In this document: positions 8,059 through 16,637 of the stretch, piece by piece
How positions within the stretch are numbered: the stretch's first letter is position 1
How the letters are laid out: the number at the start of each line of letters is the position of its first letter
NCBI GenBank assembly: GCA_033764315.1
Contig: JANRJA010000127.1
Span: 1-25,401 of the forward strand
From: Oculatellaceae cyanobacterium bins.114
GTDB lineage: Bacteria > Cyanobacteriota > Cyanobacteriia > Elainellales > Elainellaceae
Length of the DNA stretch: 25,401 nucleotides
Direction: 5' to 3'
Position numbers and translations under genes: made by a program
Notes under the pieces: generated by a model
What the model saw: the letters and a program-made list of their open reading frames with translations, nothing else
The model's database searches: none
What the model was told of the DNA's origin: nothing

Positions 8059-9624
8059 TTAATGTCCCGCCATGCTGTGACCGATCGCCACAAAGTCGGC
8101 TTCACCAATGGGGCTTTCATAGACAAACTTGCCACCGCTAATCACCACAATGCGATCGCTCAATTTAAGCAATTCATCCAGATCTTCGCTCACTAGCAAC
8201 ACGGCAACACCACGATTACGAGCATCGACGATCTGACCGTGAATAAAGTCCACAGCAGCAAAGTCAAGGCCAAAACAAGGGTTTGCCGCAATCAGCAAGC
8301 GAATGTGGTCTTCTGATAATTCTCGTGCCAACACTGCCCGTTGCACGTTGCCGCCTGACAGGTTGCTGATGGGGGTTTCGTGGGACGGAGTTTTAACAGA
8401 AAACCGAGTAATCAACGTCTGTGCCATCTGGCGCATGGCTTTGAGAATGAGGAATACACCTTTTGCCTGAGGGGGGCGATCAAAGGTTCGCAATGCCATG
8501 TTTTCTGCCACACTCATATGCGGCACACAGGCATTGCGCAAGGGTTCTTCTGGCAGAGCAAACACCCGATGCTTATACATTTCAGCTCGTGTCGCTCCAT
8601 AGGCTTCGCCATTCACCACAACCGTTCCAGCGGTCGGTTCGCGTTGACCTGCCAATACCTCAACCAGCTCTCGCTGACCGTTGCCAGAGATGCCTGCAAT
8701 TCCAACAATTTCACCTGCATGAACGGTGAGAGAAACACCCTTAACCGCTTCTAAACCGTTGTCTTTGTTAGCGTGCACCTCTTTCACTTCTAAAACAGGC
8801 ACCGCTTCAGGATGCACCACTTTTTCAACGGGTTTTGGCTCTTTCTTTTCGCCCATCATCATTTCTGCCATGTCAGAAACGGTGAGGTTTTTGACTAGAC
8901 CATGTCCGGCAAACTTGCCTTTTCGCAAGACTGTGATTTCATCAGCAAACGCCATCACCTCGCGGAATTTGTGTGAGATCATCAACACACTCAACTGTCC
9001 GGCAGTGACCTGTTCACGCAACAAGCCCAACACCTCGTCTGCCTCACCAGGGGTTAAAACCGAGGTTGGCTCATCCAAAATCAAGATACGGCTATGGAGA
9101 TAGAGTTGCTTGAGAATTTCGAGTTTTTGTTTTTGTCCAGCCGCCAATTGGGCGATCGGCGTTTCAAGCGGCACTTGAAACGGTGAGGTTTCCATAAACG
9201 CCCGCAAGCCTTCCATTTCCTTTTTCCAGTTGATCAGCGTAGGGCTGTCAAAGCGTGAAAGCACAAGGTTTTCTGCAACAGTCATAGCAGGCACTGAAGT
9301 AAAGTGCTGATAGACCATGCCGATGCCATATTTGTGGGCATCTCTGGGGTTGGGAACTGCCACCTTGGTGCCATTGATGTAAATATCACCAGAGGTAGGC
9401 GTATAGAACCCCATGATGCACTTTACTAGCGTGCTTTTTCCGGCTCCATTTTCTCCTAAAAGGGCATGAAAGCTCCCTGGTTTGAGAGTCATCGAGACAT
9501 CATCAAGCGCCACAAGAGAACCAAACTGCTTGGTCATGCTAACTACAGCGAGTTCAGCTGGTTTGATCGCTGTTGCTGTTGTGGACGAGGCTTGAGCGGT
9601 ATGGGTATCGATAGTTTCAGTCAT
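8059..9624 (-). CDS. ABC transporter ATP-binding protein with two NBDs (CUT2/nucleoside-BMP type)
   Basis: GENGAGKST, GIGMVYQHF, ILDEPTSVL, second NBD GISGNGQ.EL, LSGGNVQR and LLVSEDLDEL. Confidence 0.95.
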   Translation of the reverse strand: MTETIDTHTAQASSTTATAIKPAELAVVSMTKQFGSLVALDDVSMTLKPGSFHALLGENGAGKSTLVKCIMGFYTPTSGDIYINGTKVAVPNPRDAHKYGIGMVYQHFTSVPAMTVAENLVLSRFDSPTLINWKKEMEGLRAFMETSPFQVPLETPIAQLAAGQKQKLEILKQLYLHSRILILDEPTSVLTPGEADEVLGLLREQVTAGQLSVLMISHKFREVMAFADEITVLRKGKFAGHGLVKNLTVSDMAEMMMGEKKEPKPVEKVVHPEAVPVLEVKEVHANKDNGLEAVKGVSLTVHAGEIVGIAGISGNGQRELVEVLAGQREPTAGTVVVNGEAYGATRAEMYKHRVFALPEEPLRNACVPHMSVAENMALRTFDRPPQAKGVFLILKAMRQMAQTLITRFSVKTPSHETPISNLSGGNVQRAVLARELSEDHIRLLIAANPCFGLDFAAVDFIHGQIVDARNRGVAVLLVSEDLDELLKLSDRIVVISGGKFVYESPIGEADFVAIGHSMAGH

Positions 9625-9791
9625 AGGAGGAGGGGGAGGGGAAAGGATAAGGGATTAAAGGAAAGGATGAAGGATGAAAAAAGAAGAGGGAAAAAGAAGG
9701 AAGGGTAAAAAAGAGTGAAGGATGGCAAGAAGGTAGATGATCAGGGATGAAGGAAGAATAGGTTTAACTTTTAGCCTTCATCCTTCAGCCT
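9625..9791. repeat. STRR-like inverted heptamer arms between biuH and the ABC ATPase
   Basis: Purine arm with ggataag/ggatgaa units, followed by complementary tttagcc ttcatcc ttcagcc tttagcc. Confidence 0.75.
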
Positions 9792-10481
9792 TTAGCCTTT
9801 TGTATGTATGGCTTCTAGCAGTGCCGCCGAATCAGCCACGGCTCCAAATACTCCCCCTTGCATTTTGATCATGCTTAGGGCAGCCAGATGGTTACTATAG
9901 TCGGTTGCTGCTGTGCAGTCTGACAGCAATAAGCATTCGTAACCGCGATCGTTGGCATCACGCATGGTGGTGTGAACGCAAACATCGGTCGTGATGCCTG
10001 TAAGAATGATATTTTGAATGCCTTTGAGCTTTAGTAGCATGTCTAAATCAGTGGCATAAAAAGATCCTTTTCCTGGCTTGTCGATAATGGGTTCGCCGGG
10101 AAGAGGAGCGAGTTCTGAGATAATCTCCCAACCTGGTTCACCCCGCACCAAGATTTTGCCACAGGGACCCGGATCTCCAATGCCTGCCCCAATTTGGCGC
10201 GATCGCCAGCGTTTGTTGTCGGGTAAGTCTGACAGGTCAGGACGATGTCCTTCACGAGTATGGATGATGGTAAAGCCCTCTGCCCGCATCACAGTTAACA
10301 ATCGTTGCAACGGGGCGATCGGAGCACGAGTCAGGGACAGGTCATAACCCATTTGATCTACATATCCACCCTCGCCACAAAAATCGGTTTGCATGTCAAT
10401 GATGATCAACGCCGTGTTTTCAGGGCGCAAATCTCCGTTGTAGGGATATTTGTAGGGTTCGGCGTTGACGTAGAAAGGCAT
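9792..10481 (-). CDS. biuH: Biuret amidohydrolase (cysteine hydrolase)
   Basis: [70 protein letters not shown] and KMQGGVFG closely match the Rhizobium BiuH sequence as recalled. Confidence 0.88.
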   Translation of the reverse strand: MPFYVNAEPYKYPYNGDLRPENTALIIIDMQTDFCGEGGYVDQMGYDLSLTRAPIAPLQRLLTVMRAEGFTIIHTREGHRPDLSDLPDNKRWRSRQIGAGIGDPGPCGKILVRGEPGWEIISELAPLPGEPIIDKPGKGSFYATDLDMLLKLKGIQNIILTGITTDVCVHTTMRDANDRGYECLLLSDCTAATDYSNHLAALSMIKMQGGVFGAVADSAALLEAIHTKG

Positions 10482-10502
10482 AGAAAAAAAGAAGAATAAG
10501 GG

Positions 10503-10551
10503 AGAGACGCGATTGATCGCGTCTGTACATTTAATCGCGTCTGTACATTTA
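10503..10551. repeat. REP/SDR-like palindrome with an 18-bp tandem duplication
   Basis: agacgcgatt-gatcgcgtct palindrome. atcgcgtctgtacattta occurs twice (10516-10533, 10534-10551). A related copy lies at ~16071-16094. Confidence 0.7.
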
Positions 10552-11568
10552 GCCTTTTAAGATGGCGGTTAGTTCTTCACCGCTATAGAGGCGAGTTGGG
10601 GCAGGAAATCCACAGGAGGTGCCGTCGGTATGAACGACTTCATCTTCCCAAGGCAGGCGATAGTTGCCGTTCACCATATCTTGCATATAGGTATAGGGGC
10701 AATCTTGTGCACCACCCTTAACAGCTACATAGCCCCGATGCCCAAACTGATAGATATTGTTCTCAACACCCCAGTGTTTACGGGCTTCTCGCACCAGGTC
10801 AGGGCGCAATTCAGCCGTGATGATTTCATCAGGACGGTGACTGCCCATGACTAATGGGGTGCCATCAAAGTTGACAAACATGCCTTCACCCATTGAGTCA
10901 AAGGAACCATCGCTGCCACACATACACACTGATGCGGTATACATCAAATTGCAGAAGGCATTGGTTTGGTTAGTAATTTGCCAGGTATGCCGAATTGGGG
11001 CAGTGTACCCTGCGGTGCGAATCATAATTTCTGCCCCTTTGTAGGCGCATTCGCGTGCCATTTCAGGGAACATGCCATCGTGGCAAATGATCAGGGCGAT
11101 CGCACTACCATTGGGGCCTTCACAAACAGGTATGCCAATATTTCCAGGTTCCCAAGGCTCCACAGGCACCCAGGGGTGCAGCTTGCGATAATAGAGCCGC
11201 AATTCCCCTTGGTCATCGAGAATGATGCCGCTGTTATAGGGATTGCCAGTGGGGTTGTACTCCATGATAGAGAAACATCCCCAAATTTTGTTGTCACGAC
11301 AGGCTTGACTAAACGCCGCCACTTCAGGGCCATCCAGCTTGCACATGATCTCTGGGTTAGTATCCATCGACAAACCGTGCAACGCATATTCTGGAAACAC
11401 CACGAGATCCATCGTGGGCATATTGCGGCGTGCCTTGCCGACCATATTGCAAATGCGTTGGGTTTGATCGGTCAGATCATCGGGGGTCACAACGTTGGGC
11501 AATTGCAGTTGCACCATCCCTAAGACAACGCCATTTGGAGATTTGTTGAGTCCGCCAAGACCACTCAT
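10549..11568 (-). CDS. amiF: Formamidase (nitrilase superfamily)
   Basis: [11 protein letters not shown]-terminus and E-K-C triad motifs FPEY / YRKLHPW / ICHDG (CHDG is AmiF-type). Confidence 0.9.
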   Translation of the reverse strand: MSGLGGLNKSPNGVVLGMVQLQLPNVVTPDDLTDQTQRICNMVGKARRNMPTMDLVVFPEYALHGLSMDTNPEIMCKLDGPEVAAFSQACRDNKIWGCFSIMEYNPTGNPYNSGIILDDQGELRLYYRKLHPWVPVEPWEPGNIGIPVCEGPNGSAIALIICHDGMFPEMARECAYKGAEIMIRTAGYTAPIRHTWQITNQTNAFCNLMYTASVCMCGSDGSFDSMGEGMFVNFDGTPLVMGSHRPDEIITAELRPDLVREARKHWGVENNIYQFGHRGYVAVKGGAQDCPYTYMQDMVNGNYRLPWEDEVVHTDGTSCGFPAPTRLYSGEELTAILKG

Positions 11569-11664
11569 AAGGAAAAAAAGAAAAAAGAAAAGGAAAAAAG
11601 AACAAGGAAAGAAGGAAAAAAAGAAAAACTAGATCAACTATTCGATCTTCTTTCTTCTTTCTTT
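11569..11664. repeat. STRR-like inverted heptamer arms between the permease and amiF
   Basis: aaaaaag aaaaaag ... gaaagaag arm, then cttcttt cttcttt ctttt arm. Confidence 0.7.
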
Positions 11665-12600
11665 TTAGCTGCCCGTCCCTAAGGCTCCCGGAGCACCTGT
11701 CAGAGTGCGTTTGGGTGAGCAGGTGATCACCATGATGACGAGGGTCAAGACATAGGGTGCAGCGTTAAACAGGTAATAGCCTTCTTTGATGCCGACGGAT
11801 TGCAATGCCGGACCGAGGGCTTGTGCGCCGCCAAACAGTAGCGATGCCCAGAGACACTGAACTGGATTCCAGCGGGCAAAAATAACGAGGGCAACCGCCA
11901 TTAAGCCTTGACCACTAGAGATTCGCTCAGTCCAGACGCCAGGATAGTAAAGCGATAGAGAGGCACCGCCGATTCCAGCCAAGAAGCTGCCTGCGATCAC
12001 ACTTAACATCCGCACTTTGAAGATTGAAACGCCCATTGCCCTGGCCGCTTCAGGGCTATCACCCACGGCTCGAATAAACAAACCCCAACGAGTGGATTGA
12101 AAGAACCACTGCATAATAGGGGCGATCGCCAACCCTAACAAAAACAAGGGACTGATTTGTAACGCCGCTTGCAGAGCTGGGGGCAATCCATCTGCTCCTA
12201 AATTGAGGGTTGCCAGTTGTGGGGCAGACGGTTGAATGAAGGGTTTTCCAAAAAAGAAAGCGATGCCACTGCCAAAAATGATCATGGCAATGCCGACAGC
12301 CACATCATTCACTCGCGGTTGTTGCGAGAGCCAGCCGTGAATCACCCCCAAAAGACAACCCGCCACTCCAGCCACCAATACGCCTAACCAGGGAGAGCCT
12401 GTGAGATAGGAAACCCCATAAGCACTCATCGCCCCCGTCAGCAGCACTCCCTCTAGACCGAGGTTGATTTTGCCGCTTTTTTCAGTTAGACACTCGCCTA
12501 AACTGACAAACAAAAATGGAGTTCCACCCCGCATGGTGCCAGCGGCGATCGCCAACGGCACGCCCCACCATCCCAACGCTTCTGCTGCTTCTGCTGTCAT
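11665..12600 (-). CDS. ABC transporter permease (BMP/nucleoside type)
   Basis: GECLTEKSGKINLGLEG, IRAVGDSPEAARAMGVS, GQGLMAVALV and PYVLTL motifs. Multiple TM helices. Confidence 0.93.
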   Translation of the reverse strand: MTAEAAEALGWWGVPLAIAAGTMRGGTPFLFVSLGECLTEKSGKINLGLEGVLLTGAMSAYGVSYLTGSPWLGVLVAGVAGCLLGVIHGWLSQQPRVNDVAVGIAMIIFGSGIAFFFGKPFIQPSAPQLATLNLGADGLPPALQAALQISPLFLLGLAIAPIMQWFFQSTRWGLFIRAVGDSPEAARAMGVSIFKVRMLSVIAGSFLAGIGGASLSLYYPGVWTERISSGQGLMAVALVIFARWNPVQCLWASLLFGGAQALGPALQSVGIKEGYYLFNAAPYVLTLVIMVITCSPKRTLTGAPGALGTGS

Positions 12601-12641
12601 CGCACTTATTTCCTAACTAAAGATTGCTTGCTTGAGATTGC

Positions 12642-13754
12642 TTAAGCCACCACAACAGGCTCTTGACCCGGTGACGGAGGGGGAGAGGGCGGAGCCACGA
12701 GAGTTGGCTTTTCCTTAAAGAAGGGAAAACGGCCATACAGCGAGTCGCTATACATTACGACCAAGAACACCAATCCCTGAAACACCAACACCGTTGCGTC
12801 GGGCAAATTGTGCGATCGCTGCAAAATGCCACCACTCGCCAAAATGCCACCCAAGAGCAGAGACACTACCGAAGCCGCCAGTGGGTTGTGACGAGCCACA
12901 AACGCCACCAAAATGCCGCCGTAACCATATCCTACGTTCAACGATTCGTTAGCTGAACCTTGGACTGCCGCAATCTCGACCATGCCCGCTAGACCTGCAC
13001 AAGAGCCCGCCAAAAAGCAAATGATGACGGTCAATTGCCCCACTGGCAACCCGGCAATCCGGGCCGCTCGAATATTACCGCCAGCCGTACGAGCGGCGAA
13101 CCCAAAGGTGGTGCGTTGAATCAACACATAGGCAATCACACAAGCAACCAACCCATACAACAGCCCCCAGTGAACTCGCGTTCCGGGCATATTGCCCAAC
13201 ATGTCTACCTCTGGCAAGGGAAAGGTAGAAGGTTTATTTAACGAACTGGGGTCACGCCAGGGACCACCGACCAGATGGTTTAACAGAGCGATCGCCACGT
13301 AGTTTAACAACAAACTGCTGATGGTTTCATTGACCGCTCGATAATGGCGCAATGCTCCAGCGATCGCAATCCAGATGCCACCTGCAATCATCCCTGCCAA
13401 TGCCATACCCAACTGCACCCCAGTCGCAGGCACACTCCCTGACAAAGACAAGCCAACGGCGATCGCCGCCAACCCTCCAACGACCAACGCCCCCTCATTA
13501 CCAATAATCACCAACCCCAATCGAGCAGGCAATGCCGTACACAGCGCACACAACATTAGAGGAGCCGCCCGAATCAGGCTATTTTGTAACGTGCTCCAAC
13601 TACCAAAGGCTGCTTTCCAAATAGAAGCATAGACCCCAAAGGGATTAGCTCCCGCCAGAGCACAAAAAACGCCAAACAAAATCAATGAAAAGATGAGTGC
13701 CGAAACTGGCAATACAATCGACTCTAATGTGCGACGCCAAGCATAGCTGTTCAT
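12642..13754 (-). CDS. ABC transporter permease (BMP/nucleoside type)
   Basis: IGNEG, VNETISSLLLNY, RTTFGF...G.N..AARIAG and GYGYGGILVA motifs. ATG at 13754 is chosen because the upstream extension is translated repeat. Confidence 0.92.
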   Translation of the reverse strand: MNSYAWRRTLESIVLPVSALIFSLILFGVFCALAGANPFGVYASIWKAAFGSWSTLQNSLIRAAPLMLCALCTALPARLGLVIIGNEGALVVGGLAAIAVGLSLSGSVPATGVQLGMALAGMIAGGIWIAIAGALRHYRAVNETISSLLLNYVAIALLNHLVGGPWRDPSSLNKPSTFPLPEVDMLGNMPGTRVHWGLLYGLVACVIAYVLIQRTTFGFAARTAGGNIRAARIAGLPVGQLTVIICFLAGSCAGLAGMVEIAAVQGSANESLNVGYGYGGILVAFVARHNPLAASVVSLLLGGILASGGILQRSHNLPDATVLVFQGLVFLVVMYSDSLYGRFPFFKEKPTLVAPPSPPPSPGQEPVVVA

Positions 13755-13902
13755 AAGCAAGAAAGAAAAAAAAGAAAAGAGAAAAAGCAAGACCGAAGGT
13801 AGAAAAGCAAAAAGGGAAGGTGGAGATCTTAATGAAGACCATTAGAAGATTTGGCAACCAGACCTTGATTCCTTCTTCGTTCTTCCCTTTTCGTTCTTCT
13901 TC
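13755..13902. repeat. STRR-like inverted arms between the BMP gene and the permease
   Basis: A/G-rich arm (gaaagaa aaaaaag aaaagag aaaaagc...) then cttcttcgttcttcccttttcgttcttcttc. Confidence 0.65.
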
Positions 13903-15090
13903 TTAGCTTCCAACCGAGCCAATTACCCCTTCTACGAGGTAATTCATTCCTTCCAGTTTTGGATCTTGCTGCTTTAACTCTTCTCCAGCCGCAACGACCA
14001 CATTGCCTTCGTTGTCTTTCATCTCACCCTTATAAATCACCAGGCTGCCATCCATCAGTTGAGCTTTAGCTGCATCAGCCGCCGTTTTAGCTTCGGCACT
14101 CACCGCCGGGCCGTAATCCGAGATCTTACAGAACCCATCCTTTAAGCCACCTCGCAACAAGTGAGGAATGCTGCCATCCATTAAATTCTTGCCAGAGTTA
14201 ATCTCTTCTGCCAGTTGAGTGTAGATGTTCACCCAATCCCACTCTGCTCCAGTGAGATAGCCTTTAGGCGCAAGTTGAAGCTGATTGGCGTGATAACCAG
14301 AACTGAAAATGCCCCGCTTTTCTGCCGTTTCCATCACCACTTTAGGGCTGTCTACGTGGCAGGTAACGACATCAATTCCTTGGTCTACCATGCTGTTTGC
14401 GGCTTCTGCCTCTTTGATTGGCTCTGCCCAGTTTCCGGTAAAGACCACTTGAGTTGTGATTTCAGGATTCACACTGCGAGCACCCAGGGTAAAACTGTTG
14501 ATGTTACGCAGCACCTGAGGGATGGGCTTAGCTCCAATAAAGCCCAATTTGCCTGACTTAGAGGTTAAGCCCGCAACGATGCCAGAGACATATTGTGCTT
14601 CATCGATGTAACCGTAATAGCTGCCCACGTTTTTAGGATGGGTGCCATCGATATACAAACCACCGCAGTGGAAGAATTGCACCTCTGGATATTCCTCTGC
14701 CAGTTTGAGAATGTGGGGATCAAAATAGCCAAAGGATGTGGGGAATAACACCTTGGCCCCATCAATGTCGATCATGCTGCGCATGGACTCAGCAACGGCA
14801 GTTGTCTCAGGAACGTTGGCTTCTTCGACCAACTTGACCCAGGTCAACTTGCTTGCCATTGCAGCGGCTCCCTCGGCATGGGCCTGGTTATAGCCGTAGT
14901 CATCTTTGGGACCCACGTAGATAAAACCGATCGTTAGCCCCTCACTGTCACCAGTCGCAGCATCTCCTGAGCTGGATGGCTCACTGCTACATGCTGTCCC
15001 TAATCTTGCCGTAACTCCAAATGCGGTGGTGGCTAAAATACCACGAATAACTTGACGACGAGATAAGCCTAAAAACCGATTACTGCTCAC
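13903..15090 (-). CDS. BMP-family ABC substrate-binding lipoprotein with twin-arginine signal
   Basis: SRRQVI Tat motif, LGTAC lipobox, GFIYVGPKDDYGYNQAH, TSFGYFDP and RNINSFTLGARSVNP. GTG start with GGAG SD. Confidence 0.93.
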   Translation of the reverse strand: MSSNRFLGLSRRQVIRGILATTAFGVTARLGTACSSEPSSSGDAATGDSEGLTIGFIYVGPKDDYGYNQAHAEGAAAMASKLTWVKLVEEANVPETTAVAESMRSMIDIDGAKVLFPTSFGYFDPHILKLAEEYPEVQFFHCGGLYIDGTHPKNVGSYYGYIDEAQYVSGIVAGLTSKSGKLGFIGAKPIPQVLRNINSFTLGARSVNPEITTQVVFTGNWAEPIKEAEAANSMVDQGIDVVTCHVDSPKVVMETAEKRGIFSSGYHANQLQLAPKGYLTGAEWDWVNIYTQLAEEINSGKNLMDGSIPHLLRGGLKDGFCKISDYGPAVSAEAKTAADAAKAQLMDGSLVIYKGEMKDNEGNVVVAAGEELKQQDPKLEGMNYLVEGVIGSVGS

Positions 15091-15190
15091 TGCTTCGCTC
15101 TCCAGATTAGTGGGATTAGGTTGTGCTGCTCAGGGCGTGATTCTAAATGTGCCTGTTGAATTCAGTAGGGTACAGGAAGCAAGTGAATAA

Positions 15191-15223
15191 TTAGGGAAAA
15201 ATTCGGGAAGAAATCGGGAAGAA
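15191..15223. promoter_or_regulatory. 3 x 11-bp direct repeat upstream of the transporter operon (possible regulator site)
   Basis: ttagggaaaaa ttcgggaagaa atcgggaagaa, lying between two minus-strand TAGAAT hexamers (15140-15145, 15236-15241). Confidence 0.35.
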
Positions 15224-15294
15224 GAGCTGTTTGGCATTCTAATGTACTAGTAGACCCCAATTTTTGGTGTGCAGAAGATTGGGAAACAACGGTT

Positions 15295-15336
15295 CAACCA
15301 AGTGTTGCAGAACGTTTTGTTTGCAACACTCGGTTG
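15295..15336. repeat. Inverted repeat / hairpin
   Basis: caaccaagtgttgca-N12-tgcaacactcggttg (14/15 complementary). Confidence 0.7.
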
Positions 15337-15371
15337 GGATAGACTGCTTAAAACCTCTGCGATCGCTGATT

Positions 15372-16046
15372 ATGACCTCCCGACAACAGCTCGACGTGAT
15401 TATTGTGGCGGTGTATCTGATCTCCGTTGCCTATGTGCTGTATCGGGCTTATCAGTCGATTTCAGAATATGTTGAAGAACAAATGACCATTAGCTTTGAC
15501 AAAGCAGGACTGGAGAGTCAACTCAGCGATCGCCAGTTAAAGGATGTAATTGACGTCAATTTTGGCTTTGGTGGACGCTATAGCTTTGATCAACCCCAAG
15601 AAATCGCCATTATGGTTGTGAATAAATCGAAAGACAAAACCCTAGAGATTGATTGGGATCGCTGTTCCATTCAATCAGATGGGCGATCGCGCCGGGTGAT
15701 TCGGTTTCCGCCCGATCGTCGGGTCGATCTATCCCAACGCCAAGTGTTTAGCACCATTCCTCCTGGTGGCGTGATTCGAGAACGAGTCAGTGCCGAAGAT
15801 TTATTAAAACTAAACGCCAATAACGTCCTTGAACCTAAGGGGCCTCTAGTCACGATCGCGGCTCTACCGGGTCCTGTCAAAGCAGCTTTTCTAGAATCCA
15901 AAGCTGAGCTGAAATTTTCCATGCGAGTCGCCGTGTGGATCGCGGAAGATATTTCAGACGATCGCCCCAATAACTTACAAATGCTAAATTGTGAGTTTGC
16001 TATTAAACGTGTACCGCTGAGCGAATACCTGCCCTGGAAACGGTAG
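15372..16046 (+). CDS. Hypothetical protein with N-terminal TM helix
   Basis: ATG 15372 (MTSRQQLDVIIVAVYLISVAYVLYRAY...), then IDWDRCS...SRRVIR..PD...DLSQ.QV.S.I.PG. The upstream TTG extension crosses a hairpin and is unlikely. Confidence 0.75.
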   Translation: MTSRQQLDVIIVAVYLISVAYVLYRAYQSISEYVEEQMTISFDKAGLESQLSDRQLKDVIDVNFGFGGRYSFDQPQEIAIMVVNKSKDKTLEIDWDRCSIQSDGRSRRVIRFPPDRRVDLSQRQVFSTIPPGGVIRERVSAEDLLKLNANNVLEPKGPLVTIAALPGPVKAAFLESKAELKFSMRVAVWIAEDISDDRPNNLQMLNCEFAIKRVPLSEYLPWKR

Positions 16047-16135
16047 GGGGTGATGGGGTGTGGGGTGTGAAGAGATGCGATTAATCACGTCTCTTCCTGC
16101 CTCCTGTCTCCTGCCCTCTGCCTGCTTCCTCAGCA
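16047..16135. repeat. STRR heptamers flanking an SDR/REP-like palindrome
   Basis: ggggtgat ggggtgt ggggtgt, then agagatgcgattaatcacgtctct, then cctgcct cctgtct cctgccc. Confidence 0.65.
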
Positions 16136-16154
16136 CTCAGCGTAAACTAAAGAT

Positions 16155-16601
16155 AGGGCAAGAGTAGGCGCAGGTGGTTGCAGACGCCTTTTCCATTGGG
16201 CGAGGTGATTTGAGGAAAGTCCGGGCTCCCGAAAGACCAGACCTGCTGGGTAACGCCCAGTGCGAGCGATCGTGAGGATAGTGCCACAGAAAGATACCGC
16301 CAGGAGAATTACGAATTTTGAGTTATGAATTTTGAGTTAACTCAACACTCATAACTTAGAACTCAAAACTCTCTTGGTAAGGGTGCAAAGGTGCGGTAAG
16401 AGCGCACCAGCAACATCGTGAGGTGTTGGCTCGGTAAACCCCGGTTGGGAGCAAGGTCGGAGGAACTAGGGTTGGTCTTTTTCCAGTTCCGCTTGTAGGC
16501 ACCGCTAGAGGCGTTTGGTAACAAACGTCCCAGATAGATAACCGCCCTCTCAATGCATGGCGTTGAGAGAACAGAACCCGGCTTATGTCCTGCTCTTCCC
16601 T
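16155..16601 (+). ncRNA. rnpB: RNase P RNA (bacterial type A)
   Basis: Universal GAGGAAAGTCCGGGC, GTGCCACAGAAA, GGTAAACCCC and ACAGAACCCGGCTTAT motifs. P1 agggcaagagtagg pairs with cctgctcttccct. TAAACT -10 at 16143-16148. Confidence 0.97.
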
Positions 16602-16637
16602 TCTTTAAATCCTGAGAAATGAGCCATTTACCGTTGC

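Noticed and set aside
9466-9708. Lys/Arg/Glu-rich ORF (also 7908-8135, 10305-10499, 13645-13857)
   Set aside because: These are translations of purine/pyrimidine repeat tracts overlapping genuine genes.
10966-11523. 185-aa + strand ORF and other antisense ORFs within operon genes and the kinase
   Set aside because: Shadow frames opposite well-supported CDSs, with no recognisable motifs.
15264-15371. Cys-rich N-terminal extension of the hypothetical protein
   Set aside because: It has a TTG start and spans an inverted repeat. ATG 15372 precedes the TM helix and is more plausible.
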